DNA of 63,777 nucleotides, counting the filler, from Reticulomyxa filosa (lineage: Eukaryota > Protista > Foraminifera), in assembly GCA_000512085.1 (NCBI GenBank). It is 26 parts of 26 records of this genome, joined end to end, with 100 filler letters (N's around TTAATTAATTAA, not from the genome) between each part and the next. Parts side by side here need not be neighbours in the genome. Positions count along the whole stretch, not along the records: positions 11,686 to 14,891 come from ASPP01012274.1; positions 14,992 to 17,535 come from ASPP01008288.1; positions 17,636 to 22,501 come from ASPP01002384.1; positions 22,602 to 24,243 come from ASPP01029558.1; positions 24,344 to 25,388 come from ASPP01011182.1; 21 more parts are not named here. One strand, given 5' to 3'. Positions 12,230 through 25,488 of the stretch are shown in pieces. The position numbers and the translations under genes are program-made. The number at the start of each line of letters is the position of its first letter. Positions within the stretch are counted from its first letter, which is position 1. The notes below the pieces were generated by a model. It did no database searches, was not told the origin of the DNA, and saw only the letters and a program-made list of their open reading frames with translations.

Positions 12230-13601
12230 TTCCTTGCTTTTCTTGTGGGCTAACCTTGAGAAACAAAAGATCCTTGTTTGGAACGCATGCCACCATTGGC
12301 ACTATTTAAAAGTTGATTGGTTTGCTCGTCCGTGTATTCGTTTTCTTCGTCTTCTTTGATCATTTCTGCTCCGCGTTGTATCGATTGTGACTTTTGTTTG
12401 TGTGCTTCGGTGTTGGCATCGTCGGTTTCTTCTTCGGTGGCGGTGCGCTCTTCGTCGTCGTCTTCTTCGTCTTCCGTCGTGCGCTCCCTGTCAAGCGGGA
12501 GCATATCCATGCCTCCAGGGGCTGCCATCATTGGATTGTCGGAGTGGGTCATCGACATGGCCAAGCTGGTGCTATCGTTGACATTGGTGCTCATGCCGAT
12601 GCCAATGCCCGAGGGTGCCATTGTGCCTGTTTTTGTCGGATTGGTGTTGTTGCGTGAATGGGACTGAGAAAACGAGGTATCCATCGAATCTTCCATGTCG
12701 TGATTACGACGCAAACGAGCCGACACATTTGAAACACGTCCAATACTTATCTCACTCAGTCGAGAGCTCATATTACCACTTTGCACATTTATTATATCGC
12801 TGGTGTTGTTGCCGATATTCGGTGCGCTGTCTGGAAGTACATTGCTGTCGGTGTTAAGATTCAGGCTTATATTGTTACTCAGAGTTTCGCTAGGAGTTCG
12901 AGTTCGATTCGTGCTTTTGTTGCTTACTACTGGAGTTGATAACTCCCGTCTTTTTGGTTGCTTTTTTTTTTTTAAAAAAATTAAAAAATAATAACACATA
13001 CATATACATATATATGCATATATAAGTTGCTATCGCTGCTTTGGAGTTGGTGAAATGTTTGTCTTTTTTTTGGAAGAAAAAAAAAAAAGGGGGTACAAAA
13101 AGACAAACAAAAAAAAAAAGAAATTTCGCACTTTTTGCAAAAGAACGAAAAAATGAAAAATATAATATGTAAACGAAAATAACTAATAACCGAAGATTCA
13201 TGATAAGGAGTGACTTTATGGCCGTGTTTTGTTGGATATGGAACTTTCAAATCTTTATTTTCAGTCCGTGAAGAGGCAACCAGCGGGAAATTCTGGTCGT
13301 CACGATCTTCTTTCACTTGATTCAAACCAAAAGGTGATGATAATGTCTCTTCCGCTTCTGTTGGTAAAATCTCTTCATTGGGAATACTCACTTGCACTTC
13401 TGTCACTAAGTCGTTCATATCTGGTTCTATGTCATTTAACGACTGTGATAACTGACTTTCTGAGCGCTGCTTCATACGCAACGGGGTTTCCAACGTGTCC
13501 ATTCTTGTACTGAAATCTACTACTTGTTCGTCTACATGGCCAGTCCGTGGGGACCCTGTCACATCTTGTCCTTTTTGATATGTACCAATATTTTGACTCA
13601 T
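11770..13601 (-). CDS. Multi-exon, disordered S/T/N/D/E-rich hypothetical protein, 5' part
   Basis: Three ORF blocks (13601-13200, about 12960-12255, about 12175-11770) separated by poly-A and (TA)n introns with GT..AG ends. Confidence 0.6.
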
Positions 13602-14881
13602 TGTTGATTAAAACATGCACTTTTTTTGAGAAAGGGATAAATATTTTAAACGTTCAGAAAAAACAAAAGATAAAGTAACGTGATCTTGTTGTCGCCGTCA
13701 ATTAAAGCTGTGGTATTATAACAATACTGCCTTACCAAAAGTTTTTTTGTTCATGTCCTTGTCGAAATCCGTTATCATTCCGTTTAGAAATGATCGGATA
13801 GAACAGAATAAAAAAATGAAAACAAAAACAAATCAATTGAAACATTCTCAATGGACAAAATATTGTGATTTGTTGTCTTCTTATTTTGGATTGTTCTTGG
13901 CAGTTTTCATTTTAAAAAAATTTCTCGTCAAAACTTTTTTGTTTCGTGGTTGTCGCATTGATCGCAACAATATTAGCAAATTAAGTTCAAAATTTTTACT
14001 CTAATTCCATTTTTGTCAATTATTTTTTAATATTTTGTAAACATTACTTTTGATCCAATTGTTTTCAATAACGAAAATATTTCATACATTTTTAATAAAA
14101 CAATAAACGTTTCATAAACTATTATCTTGCTGAAATATACAATTTTTATTATCTTGTAAACACAAACAATTATTTTGATCATTTCATCAAATATAATTTC
14201 TTTGTATGCCTGTATTTACACTTCCATCACTTTTACATACATAAGTCATAATACCACAAAGCAAGATTACTCGATTATACTTCAACAACTAAATTTTGAT
14301 GTTTTTATAATTACATTTTCAGTAAGTGTTCCTGTTATCTTCCAAGTATGATAAGTTCAATCACTACCTTTTAAATTAATTTTGCTTTCATCATAGAAAA
14401 GTACTTTTTCCAATCATCTGATGTCCATTAATTGTACTTTTTTGCAATCATTTAGTCATTTTCAAAAAAAATCAAAATGATTATTATATATACTCTTTTG
14501 ACATTCATCTTGAATTTTTTTTAGCTTGCTTTCATGTAGAATTATTTTTTTTGTTTGTGACTGTGTTTTGCGTTTTCATTGCACAAATTTTCTTTCGATG
14601 ATTTTTATTTTTAACATAATCGTCTTTTTTCTCTTGAAAAATCTTTCTAACTTTGCATATAATTTCGTTTAATTTGAAAGATAAATACTTGTCAACAATA
14701 CAAAACTAGCAACATTTTTTATTAAGATCTACAATTGAAAAAATTATCTCTTTCTAATTTCATAAAGTGAGTTTCTTTATACTGTAATTGATCTTGTAAA
14801 AAAATTTTCCACTTTTTTTTTCAAAGCTGCTTACACGAGTGGGCTCAATGTGCAAGACCAACCCAAAGAGTTAATCAGCTA

Positions 14882-14891
14882 CAGTAGGTTG
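14882..14891 (+). mobile_element. Start of a third copy of the CAGTAGGTTGC Tc1-type TIR, cut by the contig end
   Basis: The contig ends TA-CAGTAGGTTG, identical to the MITE left ends at 44663 and 54867. Confidence 0.55.
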
Positions 14892-14991
14892 NNNNNNNNN
14901 NNNNNNNNNNNNNNNNNNNNNNNNNNNNNNNNNNNTTAATTAATTAANNNNNNNNNNNNNNNNNNNNNNNNNNNNNNNNNNNNNNNNNNNN

Positions 14992-15028
<37 letters not shown>

Positions 15029-16934
15029 TGTTCATGACCAAAGCGTGTCTCTAGCTATTGTAAAAGTTGTGTGTCGGTGGGGGTCAGGGATGAGTTTGAA
15101 GGCATTTATTGCTTTCTCTTTTTTTTTATTTTTTATTTTTTGCTGTTGTTGCTGTTTTGTTTGTTCTTTTCCTCATGCCTTCAGTGTCATCTGTTTTTGT
15201 GACGGAAATATACAAGTTTTTTGTACAATCTTGGCACCTTTTTTTGCAGCTGCCAAAATTATTTGGATTGAATCCTCTTCAAACATCTTTAGAGTGTTCC
15301 AGAAACACTCCAACATGCAAGCTTTTTTTTTTGTTGGTTATGTTTTCATTATCCTGATAAAATCCCTAGGGTCATTTCAAAAAGGCTTTTTGTGTGCGTC
15401 CTCGTTGTCGCTTTTAAACAAGTTACAATATTGTTTTTTTTATATTATTATTATTTTTGTGTGAATAGTGTGGGTTGCGGCTTTAGCTCTTCCGTCTTTT
15501 AGTGGTGTATCTTTGCGTATTGAGTATTAAATGTCGAATTTGGAAACATAGCCTTTTGATCAAAATAGATGGTCGACGGAAAGTCATAAAATACAAAGCA
15601 CTTGATTCTATTCTTAATTCAAACTCTTTGTTTTAAGGACAGAAAGTATTGATGTACAGATACAATGCTATGGCAAAAATGATAATTTCAGGGATGACAA
15701 CTTTCTTTTTTAAAAAAATGTGGTACGTTGTTTTTTGATTCACTTATTTATACGTACTATTAAAAGGTGGTTGTTTCGGATACGACGAAACTTTAGCTGA
15801 TTTATTGACGAAAAAAATAAAGTAAAATGAAAGTTGACATAAAATGTCAGCAAAATGTAAGCAGCGTGTAAAATAGAAGCCGCTTCCAAAGCAAACATCG
15901 AGTTTTTCCTAAAACCTCAATTACAAATTTCATTATTGTTGTTTCTTGGCTTGCGTTTAGTTTATTTCTCATTGTTCAATGCACAATTTTCTCAAAGAAG
16001 CGGTTATGTGTACGCGCACACCGATTGCCTTACTTTTTGCTTGTTTCTCAGCATATAATATGTGAATGCAATGCACAAGCCAGCAAATTACTAAGCAAAT
16101 AATTTTAAAAAAGTCAACACTCTACAATTGTAATCATCAACTTCAGCAGCGAAATAAATTTTCCCCCTGTTGTCTGTTTTGCTGTTTATTTCTTCATAAT
16201 TTACTTTCTTTTTTTATCAAAATTTTGTTCAAAGAATAAACGTTTTAAACTTCATTTACCACCAAAAAAAAACACAATCAGTGCAACAAAATCAGTTGTA
16301 CTTGATCATCAATTTACCGAGTTGTCAAAAAGGTATCTTGAAGATTTTCAGACTTGACTATGTGAGACAAATTTCGTCATAAAAGTCATAATCAAGTGTA
16401 TAAGCCATAATAGATTCTAAAGCTGCATAATACAGCCCTTTTTTTTGATAATATTTTACTTTCCATTATTTAAGTGTCGTTCAATCTAATATATCTTTTG
16501 ACCTCACACTTTCTACAACGGTAATATGTAAAAAATCCGCAGTCTTAAAGTACAACACCCATTCTGTTGGTCTAACAGGGTTGGAATCATGATATAACTG
16601 ACAATTAATATGTTCAAAAATTCTTGTTATTGGTTTCATACACTAAAATATCTGAATTGTTTTGTAAATGAATTTGTACAAAGCACTTATTTCTTTTTTG
16701 TTAAATGATTCTGGTTAGGATAATGTGGGCAAATTGTAACTGTGGCTTGCATCAAAAAAAATATTGTAATAGCAAATTTTTCTTATCATTTTACGTGTAA
16801 TATTTAAAGCTGAAATTTGTGAAAGGATTTAAACACGTTTCAATTGTCATGCTTGCAAGTGAAACAGGCTCGAGGGAGAAAAGTATTAATAAAAACTTAC
16901 ATATAAAATATTTGTGGACATCTAAACTGACAAA

Positions 16935-17322
16935 ATGACCTCAGCGGTGAGGAATCCTCATAAAATTTATGTTTCCAATTTATCAAAGTTTTGTGTGTGT
17001 TTTTTTTGGTAGTGTTATTGTTATCTTGAACATGTGCTTTGCTTGTAGAGACACAAGAGAAGACGACTTGATGGACCTCTTTTCTCAAGCAGGCAAAATA
17101 TTAAAGATTCAATTTAAAGCAAACTTTGCGTTTATTGTAAGTAGAACGATTCGTATAACATTGTCTATGGACGTGTTGTTTGTAGAGCTGAAGGGGGGGT
17201 CAAACCAAAAAAAAAAAAGAAAAAGTAAATACTTATGTTGAAATCACACTAATGCATCTCCAAACAAAAATATATCTTTCTCAGGAATTTGATAAAGACT
17301 ATCAAGCCGATGACGCTGTCAG
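16935..17322 (+). CDS. SR-family RRM RNA-binding/splicing factor, 5' exons
   Basis: Spliced MTSAVRNPHKIYVSNLSKDTREDDLMDLFSQAGKILKIQFKANFAFI-EFDKDYQADDAVR gives RNP2 (IYVSNL) and RNP1 (NFAFIEF). Confidence 0.75.
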
Positions 17323-17497
17323 GTACTGTAAAAACCCCTACGCGCTTCTACCAACACACCCAACGTTTTTTTTGGTCGTTTTGTGCTATCAACTGTATAT
17401 GCATATATATGTATATATGTATACTCCCTCTTTTGTTTCATCATAACCTATTCCGTGCAACAACAACAGCAAAGAACTGAATCTTTTCGTCTTGTCC

Positions 17498-17535
<38 letters not shown>

Positions 17536-17635
17536 NNNNNNNNNNNNNNNNNNNNNNNNNNNNNNNNNNNNNNNNNNNNTTAATTAATTAANNNNNNNNN
17601 NNNNNNNNNNNNNNNNNNNNNNNNNNNNNNNNNNN

Positions 17636-17775
17636 GCCACATTCTATCTTGCATGAATTACTAAAACCTTTTGCACCAAAGCAAGCCCAAATCATGATAC
17701 TTCCTCCAACAAACAATAAATCTTTTAATTATCACAATGTCTCCTAAATCTTGGTTTGGTTTTTGCAATCTACTG
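17636..17775 (-). mobile_element. Internally deleted Tc1-like transposon relic (TIR plus transposase fragment)
   Basis: The minus strand reads TA-CAGTAGATTGCAAAA and then GGSIMIWACFGAKG, the Tc1 GGSVMVWGCF motif. Confidence 0.7.
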
Positions 17776-18957
17776 TATATTGATTTGTAGTGCTAGACAT
17801 TGATATAAATATAAAATAGATAGTGGTTAATGCATATATTTACAAAAAAATTTAAGTGATAAAATGATAAAAGTATGTATTTGTGTTTAGAATATGTCAA
17901 TTATTGTTTATTTCTTCAAGACAATGTCAATATGTAATGTGCCATTTTATACGTCAATTTTCTTTTGCATTTTACTGTATTTTAAGTATACAATATTTTT
18001 TAAATATGTATTTTTTGCCATTTTTTCATTTTTCTTCATTAGATTTATCATTATGTTGATTCATTTTTGTTTTGAATCAATTAAACGATATTAAATCTAA
18101 TAACTATTTGATAATGCAAAGTCATATCTTGATAATGTTTACACTTGTTTAATTCTTTTTCTCATCATAGAGCTGATTATTAAAATTGCACAAAGTTATT
18201 CAAACAGTTTCATTTCCACTATGAGTTTCAAGTGTTTTTTTGATTTTCCTTCAAATTGCCTTATGCAAATCACTATTGGATCACAAATTGTCTTCTTGTT
18301 ACATTGCTTCTGGAAAAATGTATTTTCATTTGATTAGATTGGACGTAATTAATAAATTACACATAATTAAATTTTGTGTATAATTTAATTCCACTAAATG
18401 ATTTGTAATTTGTTTGCAAATTAAACAAATGTAATATTTTATGTATTCTTGTTGGTGATACTAGTCTTTGTTAAAGCAGGAATTATCAAAGAAAAGATAA
18501 GTTACTTCACATTTTATTTCAGATCTTGTGCTTCGTTCAAGAACTTGTTTCATTGTTCTTTTTTTTGCTTTATTGATAACGAGCAATTGAAAGTTCAAAA
18601 AAAAGCTTTTAAAGTTTAGTTTTTGTAAAAAAAAAGACCCTTTTTCTGCACGTGCGTGGAACTGTTATTATTGATACATCTTTTTTTTAGTTTTTCACAT
18701 TGCAAGTGGAGTTTTTTTGCATAAAGATTTCTTTCATCGTTTTCTTTTTTCTGGCCAAAGGAGATTTACTTTAACACATGTATTGCCAATTTTCATTTCA
18801 ATTTTTTGAGCTGACTTTAGGATTGGCTTTCAAGGCACATATTACTACCTGAAGTTGAAAACACTACTTTAAAATAGTCTTTGAAAAAACTTTAAAAAAA
18901 AACAAAGGGGTATTAAAGAAGGGAAAAAAATCGCAAGATTGCTTTGTTGTGTTTACG

Positions 18958-20023
18958 ATGTCCTTCTCGCAAAACCCGATGTCTATGAAACAAATTTTCG
19001 AAAGTTACAATTGGGGTTCGCTGTTCCCTCATAACAGCAGTGCAGGCGCCTATTGGCTGGAATTACAAATAAACGACACAGTGCACGTAGACATGGACAC
19101 ATACGGATTTGTTCGGTTTCGCTTTCCAATTCTTTTATGTTTGGGATATGTAGCTTCGGTTCTTGTATCCCAGCCTAAAAAAGATGTGGACGAAAAAAAC
19201 GTAAAGAGTGCAAAAGGAGACAGTAGTTCAAAACCAATAGGTAGCGACTCCTCGGAACATTGGACGAACCAAGCATCATTTAAGGCATTTGTATTTGTTC
19301 ACAACATGGCACTGTGTATTTTCAGTGCCATGTGTTTCTATCAAACATTCCCAGTTATGTATAGGCTCATCTTCCACACACCTCTGACAATAACCTTTTG
19401 TCAAGGATGGGCCGAAGTTTTCGATGGTCCCTTTGGCTACTGGTCATGGCTGTTTTATTTGTCCAAATACTGGGAGTTTGTCGACACATGGTTATTAATT
19501 GCCAAAGGACGAAGACCTATTTTTTTACAGGTTTTTTTTATGATATTTTTTTTTTGTCCTGTTGGCAACTTTTGGAGAAAAAATTATATCCAAAAAAAAA
19601 GTTATACGTTCGCAATTTTTTTTTTGCGAGAAACACAAAAAAAAAAAATAACAACCGTAGAAATTTCATCACGTTGGCGCAGTGTTTTCATGTTGGTTTG
19701 GTGTGGTGACGCGATCGAATGGATATTATCTGTTTGTGGTGTTGAACAGCTTTATTCATACCGTGATGTATTTTTATTATGCGTGCTCGGTACTAGGAAT
19801 CCGCTTTAAGTACAAAATGATAATCACAACGATGCAGATGATGCAGATTGCTGTGGGATGGTCTTGCTTGGTGGCTCAACTGTATTTCTTTACCCCTTGC
19901 TTGCGAAAAGAGGACGTTGTTTCTTCTGTTTATGTTTTGTGGTATATTACCACTTTGTTTTTCATGTTTCGACAGTTTTATCACAATACATACAATACTC
20001 CCAAACAAATTAAAAAAGAGTAA
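18958..20023 (+). CDS. ELO/GNS1-family fatty acid elongase with variant QxxHH box; intron 19531-19660
   Basis: FYLSKYWEFVDT, FLQ|KFHHVGA after splicing, NSFIHTVMYFYY, ITTMQMMQ, C-terminal KQIKKE ER-retrieval-like signal. Confidence 0.9.
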
Positions 20024-21263
20024 GCTGTTTCAATAATAGCAAGTAGTGAAACAATTAAAAAAGCGGGACAATTGTATTCCGTTTGTTTTTTTTTACTATC
20101 TTTGATTATTTGCTTGTTTTAAATTTTTTTTCTTGTTGTTTCTTTAAAAAACAACGTCAAATAGAACTAACATAATTTTTTTACTTTGTTATCTTGGTAT
20201 ATTGTTGCGACGTTTTTTATGTTGTGTTATTTTTTGTCATTAATTAGTGGCTTTTTTGTTGGATATTTAGAAACAGCAAAAAGGGGAGATTTGTAGTTGA
20301 GAAAACTGACAAATTTTAAGGCTACTTTGTTGCTAACAGAATTTTTTGTATTGCTAATCACAGTTCACCATTCTGTGGTTAGTTCTGAAGCGGTCCATAT
20401 TTTTTGTATTATTCTCTTTTTTTACTTGTTAGATGTACAAATAGTTCTTTAGTGACCAAATCCCGTTTTGATGGGATAGATGCATATTTAGATAAGACTT
20501 TTTTACATAATAATTAAAGTACTATTCCATGTTACTTTTTTCTAAAAATATTTTGTAAATTGTTAATAAAATACATATTGTAAAAAGTTATGACACAAAC
20601 AAAATTATTCGAGAGTTTAAATGTTATCATTTCATTTTTAAAAAATTAAAATTTATATTGTTGATCACTATTTTTTTTCGTACATTACAAAGACAATTAT
20701 TTTTTAAAGCCTTGCCATAATCAACGGTATGTTGATTACATTTGCAATATTTCCAGAAAAATGAACAAGAAAGTTGAAACTTAAATTGGTTTAACATAAT
20801 TTTTTTTAACTTTCTTTTCCAAGTCGAAAAATTAAAGTAGAGACATGTAAGAATTGTAATGTAACTCTAGTTTCATGGTCGAATGAAGCATGATGCTCAC
20901 TACAACACGAAGTTTTTGTAGAATTATTGGGCCACATCATAATGAAAAAACATCTTTTTTATTGTCAGCGAGATATGGAATAAAAAACTGTATTCATATT
21001 TGATAAGCAATGGTAATACCATTGCTTTTCAATTCAGCAAATGTGTGCGAGTCGAACAAAAAAACATTTTGAAACAAAAAATGATGAAAAATTTATCCGC
21101 AGCGACAGTCACGATTTTAATCGTATTAACTGTTATAATAATTTTGTATTTATAGCGTTGCATTCCAAAAAAACAAAAAAGACTGTCCAAAAGGAAGAAA
21201 AAAGAAAGATGAGAAGATTTTACTGAGGCTACAAAAAAAAAAAAAAGAAAAGAAAAAGGAAAG

Positions 21264-22475
21264 TTAGTTTCTTTCTTCATTATAACGACTGTGTGGAACA
21301 TCAGTAGGAGTGGAAGTGGAAGTTTCATATTCAACGGAAGGTTCAATGCCGCTTCCATCATTGACTGTTTCTCGTGTTTTAGTAGTAACAGTGCAATTAC
21401 TGCTTTTTTTGCGGACAACACGAACACTTTGAGGATGAAGTTGCCAGTTGTCTTTCAAAGGGAGATAATCTTGTCTCGGACTGGCCAACGATTTCTTCCC
21501 AAGCACAAAATTGGGAGACAACCGAAGGTTTGGTTTGTCTTGCTCAAGACTACCACTCTTGAAGGCGTTATTATTATTCGTATAATTATCATTATTGTTA
21601 TTGTTATTATTATATTTTTTGTTATTATTGCTACTGTTGTTCAAATTCACTCCGTTATTTTTGTTATTTTTATTATTTTGATTATTGTAATTATAGCCAC
21701 TACTACTACTACCCGCATAATTGCTATTGTTGATGTTAACAATGGGAGAATTGAGATCCTGATCCGCGTCCTGAGCACTCGTGCTGCGAACGAAAGGATT
21801 GATAACATACGTGGATTTGTTTTTGAAATTCAAAAACGAGTTCTTACGACCGTTGGGTAGCGCACTCTTTAGCGAGCGCGACGGCGTGTCAAAGGTGGCA
21901 GGCGAGTTGGACCAGTCCTGCGGCAACGAGTCTCGACTGCCGGCATTGAAGCTCATATGGGCACGCAAGTTGTTCACACTAGTGGACCCTCGGTACGAAT
22001 TGGACGACGATGACGAATTCTTTGCCTTGCCTTTGTTCGTCTTTTCCAAGACGTGCTCTTGAGCTCGCAGTTGTCGACGACTCTGACTTCGCTCCGTGTC
22101 GTCGCGCATGCGAGACCATACCGGCGTCCACGCAATGCCCGGCAGCACTTGCTCCAAGTTGAATTGGATGTTTCCCAAGTTTTGCTCGCGTTGCAAGTCG
22201 TCGTATTCGTCCTCAATGTTTTCTTGGATCAGCTCTTCCATTATGTCCTCCATCGTTATGCATCCAAGAAACTTCACCTCTTCCGGAATCGAGCATCTCT
22301 TTTGTAGACACTCCAGGATCTTCTCCGCGTGCTCCGTCACTAACGCAAAGTGCGTCTTCTTGTCGCGAAACACGTTGATCGCTTGAATCATATTCGTGTC
22401 CGGGCTCAATAGCACCGGCACGCGCCGAGCAAACTGGCCCAGCAATAAGTTTTTGTTCGGATCGACCATTATCAA
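21264..22475 (-). CDS. CNNM/DUF21-type CBS-domain metal transporter, C-terminal part with N/S-rich tail
   Basis: AINVFRDKKTHFALV and LGCITMEDIMEELIQENIEDEYD match the CNNM CBS2 signature. Confidence 0.75.
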   Translation of the reverse strand: MIMVDPNKNLLLGQFARRVPVLLSPDTNMIQAINVFRDKKTHFALVTEHAEKILECLQKRCSIPEEVKFLGCITMEDIMEELIQENIEDEYDDLQREQNLGNIQFNLEQVLPGIAWTPVWSRMRDDTERSQSRRQLRAQEHVLEKTNKGKAKNSSSSSNSYRGSTSVNNLRAHMSFNAGSRDSLPQDWSNSPATFDTPSRSLKSALPNGRKNSFLNFKNKSTYVINPFVRSTSAQDADQDLNSPIVNINNSNYAGSSSSGYNYNNQNNKNNKNNGVNLNNSSNNNKKYNNNNNNNDNYTNNNNAFKSGSLEQDKPNLRLSPNFVLGKKSLASPRQDYLPLKDNWQLHPQSVRVVRKKSSNCTVTTKTRETVNDGSGIEPSVEYETSTSTPTDVPHSRYNEERN

Positions 22476-22601
22476 ATCCTTTTTTTTTTTTTTTAAAAAA
22501 ANNNNNNNNNNNNNNNNNNNNNNNNNNNNNNNNNNNNNNNNNNNNTTAATTAATTAANNNNNNNNNNNNNNNNNNNNNNNNNNNNNNNNNNNNNNNNNNN
22601 N

Positions 22602-23184
22602 AAATAGTAATAAACTTTGCCAAGTCTTGTGCTAAATTCAGAAACTCATTTTTGTACACAATTTTGTTGAGAGATTGCTGCAAATACAGTAGCTTCAATT
22701 CGGGATAGACGAGCATTGAATGGGCAGATAACAAACCTCCAATCAGTCGAATATTGGTCTCAAACACATGTACTCGAATGTTCAGATTACTAAAACTTGT
22801 CAGATTATGCGACTGCACATATCGCAGAAAATATTCAAATTCCGTGGTACGGTTAAACAATAACAACGAGTCTAATGCATCAATCAAGGTCAGTGCTGTA
22901 CCTTGATACAAATGGGCTGGTACTTTCGGTGCGTTTCCTAACTCTGGCAGACTATTCGTAAAACTCCCACTTTGTGGCTTTAGCTCATCATGTGGGAATG
23001 CCTTCACCATGTAATGATGAAAAGAGTGATCGAACATTTCCTTTATTTTGCTCAATGCTTCTTTTCGCAATGAAGTTGGAAACGATGTTGAATAGCTTCC
23101 AGAGACTATCACATTATCACTACAAAATTCGCTCAACAGGTAGGTCCACCACCAAACAGAGAGAAATTTCCACACCAACTTCAT
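22602..23184 (-). CDS. EDEM-like GH47 alpha-1,2-mannosidase, N-terminal part
   Basis: Signal peptide; EMFDHSFHHYMVKAFPHDELKP, LTLIDALDSL, VFETNIRLIGGLLSAH. Confidence 0.9.
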
Positions 23185-24343
23185 GTGCAAAAAAAAACAA
23201 CGATCATACAGGTCCCAGAAGACGAAAATATCCTTTGGTTAAGAATTTCTTTGTCCTTTCGTGCAAAAATGCTTTTAGTATTAATTTCGCTTTGCTGAAA
23301 ATTAAATAAATAATAAAACAAATAAAGGGGGCGTTTGTGATAACTTTATGCCAAGCCGTTTTTGAAGAACTACGCGACTGTCTTTGTCAATTTTTTTGTG
23401 TCAGGCTAAAGAGAGAATTTTATCTTTAATACATACAGTACTTCAAAAAAAGACCAAATCCGGCAAAAAAGTGCTGGTGTTACTTATGGCATTGTTAATA
23501 ACCAACAACATATTTTTGTTCATCAGCCATCTAAAATTGAGTTTCAGTTCTTTGATTCTCACGATAACTCAGACAATGGGAGTACTGTCAATTGTGGAGT
23601 CATTCCATGTCTTTACTTTCTTCTCGAAGAATAAAACTGTTTTTCAATTTCCATTTGCTCTTATATTTTGGTCATTTCACGTGATAAAAATTGAAAAAAG
23701 TTGAATATTTTTGTATTTTTATTTGGAAAAAAAGAATAAATTGGTACTTCCGAATTCTTGAATAATAAAATAGTTTTCATGAATGGCTATTTGTAAAAAT
23801 GCTATGATTTTTGATACAAGCCAAAAGGTTCAAAGATCTTGGGTGAGAAGAGTTCATTTTTCTTTCAAAAATTACAAAGTTTTAGAGTCAATAATTGAAT
23901 GATTGAATATAACTAGTTCCCTCATTTTAATCATAAAAATTTAAAGTAGAATTTGACATAAGCAGAATGTTTTAATGTATCAACATTAATAAAATTTAAT
24001 TAAATAATGCAAAAAAGGAGTTGTGCAATCACTCACTCCAAACAAGTTTTTTCCTACGACATTGCGCAGCCACATTTCAATTATCAAACTTATTTGAATT
24101 TTCCATTAGCCAGAAAAGCGATATTTTCACGCAATAACATTTTCTTTGAGCTCTTCATACAGCGCAACTACTTTTCTTTTTTGATCAATAACTTGTCGTT
24201 GCATTCTTTACAAACGAATGACGCATAATCAGTTTTCATTCGANNNNNNNNNNNNNNNNNNNNNNNNNNNNNNNNNNNNNNNNNNNNTTAATTAATTAAN
24301 NNNNNNNNNNNNNNNNNNNNNNNNNNNNNNNNNNNNNNNNNNN

Positions 24344-24628
24344 CATGCGCGGCATTGCGGCGCCGCCTACCGTGTATCGGGCGCTGGACTTTCTGGTGGC
24401 GGCGGGCTTGCTGCACAAGGTGGACGCCCTGAATGGCTACATCGTCTGCCACCATGTGGGTTGCAGCCACGAAGGCCTGATTCTGGTGTGCGGCGATTGC
24501 GGCAAGGTAGAAGAGCTGGATGCCAGCCGATGCTGGACGTATTGCGCCAACAGGCAGGTCAGGCCGGCTTTGCCATCGGCCCGCAGAACCTGATGCTGAC
24601 CGGACGTTGTCAGGAGTGTCAGGCATGA
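24344..24628 (+). CDS. zur: Bacterial Zur/Fur-family regulator, C-terminal part, one frameshift near 24525
   Basis: APPTVYRALDFL...GLLHKV, CGDCGKVEE and GRCQEC; the stop overlaps the next ATG (ATGA); high GC. Confidence 0.8.
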   Translation, partial: HARHCGAAYRVSGAGLSGGGGLAAQGGRPEWLHRLPPCGLQPRRPDSGVRRLRQGRRAGCQPMLDVLRQQAGQAGFAIGPQNLMLTGRCQECQA

Positions 24629-25388
24629 AAAAAACGCTGGTCAATGTGATTACCGGCTTTCTGGGCGTGGGCAAGACCACGGCGCTGCGCCACATGATTG
24701 CCCACCGTCCGCAGGGCGAGAAGTGGGCCATTATCGTCAACGAATTTGGTGAAATCGGCATCGATGGCGCCGTGCTGGATAACGGCGAGCTGCCGGTGGC
24801 GGAAATTGCCGGTGGTTGCCTGTGTTGCGTGGCCGGCCCGCAGATGACGGTAACGGTGGCCAATCTGGTGCGCCGTGAGCGCCCGGACCGGCTGATCATC
24901 GAAGCCAGTGGGCTGGCCCACGCTGCCGGCCTGATCGACGAGCTGCGCGCCGACCCATTGGGCAAGGCGCTGGAAGTGGGGGCGGTGATGACGCTGGTCG
25001 ACCCGCGCCAATTCGTCAACAACGACTACTTCCGCCAGCCGCTGTACCGCGACCAGGTGATGGTGGCCGACGTGTTGCTGGCTACCAAGGGTGACCTGTG
25101 CGACGACGCCACTCTGGCCCAGTACCGAGACAAGGCGGCTGCGTTGTTTCCGCCCAAATCGCTGGTGGCCGATATCCGTGACGGGGCGGCCAACCCCGCC
25201 TGGCTGGATACCGAAGTGGCGGCCAAGCCGCGTTACCGCCCGGCGGTGCGCAGCGACGACAAACCAAGCTGGCAGTCGCACGGCTGGACACTGCCGCCTG
25301 ACACGCCGTTCTCTGGCGAGGCGCTGACGGCGTTCTTTGATGGCCTGCCAGGCATGGTGACCGGGCTGGTGCGCGCCAAAGGCATTTT
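24625..25388 (+). CDS. Bacterial CobW/COG0523 Zn-chaperone GTPase, partial
   Basis: ITGFLGVGKTT (Walker A), NEFGEIGID, GGCLCC (CxCC), IEASGLA, TKGD, VRAKGI. Confidence 0.92.
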
Positions 25389-25488
25389 NNNNNNNNNNNN
25401 NNNNNNNNNNNNNNNNNNNNNNNNNNNNNNNNTTAATTAATTAANNNNNNNNNNNNNNNNNNNNNNNNNNNNNNNNNNNNNNNNNNNN

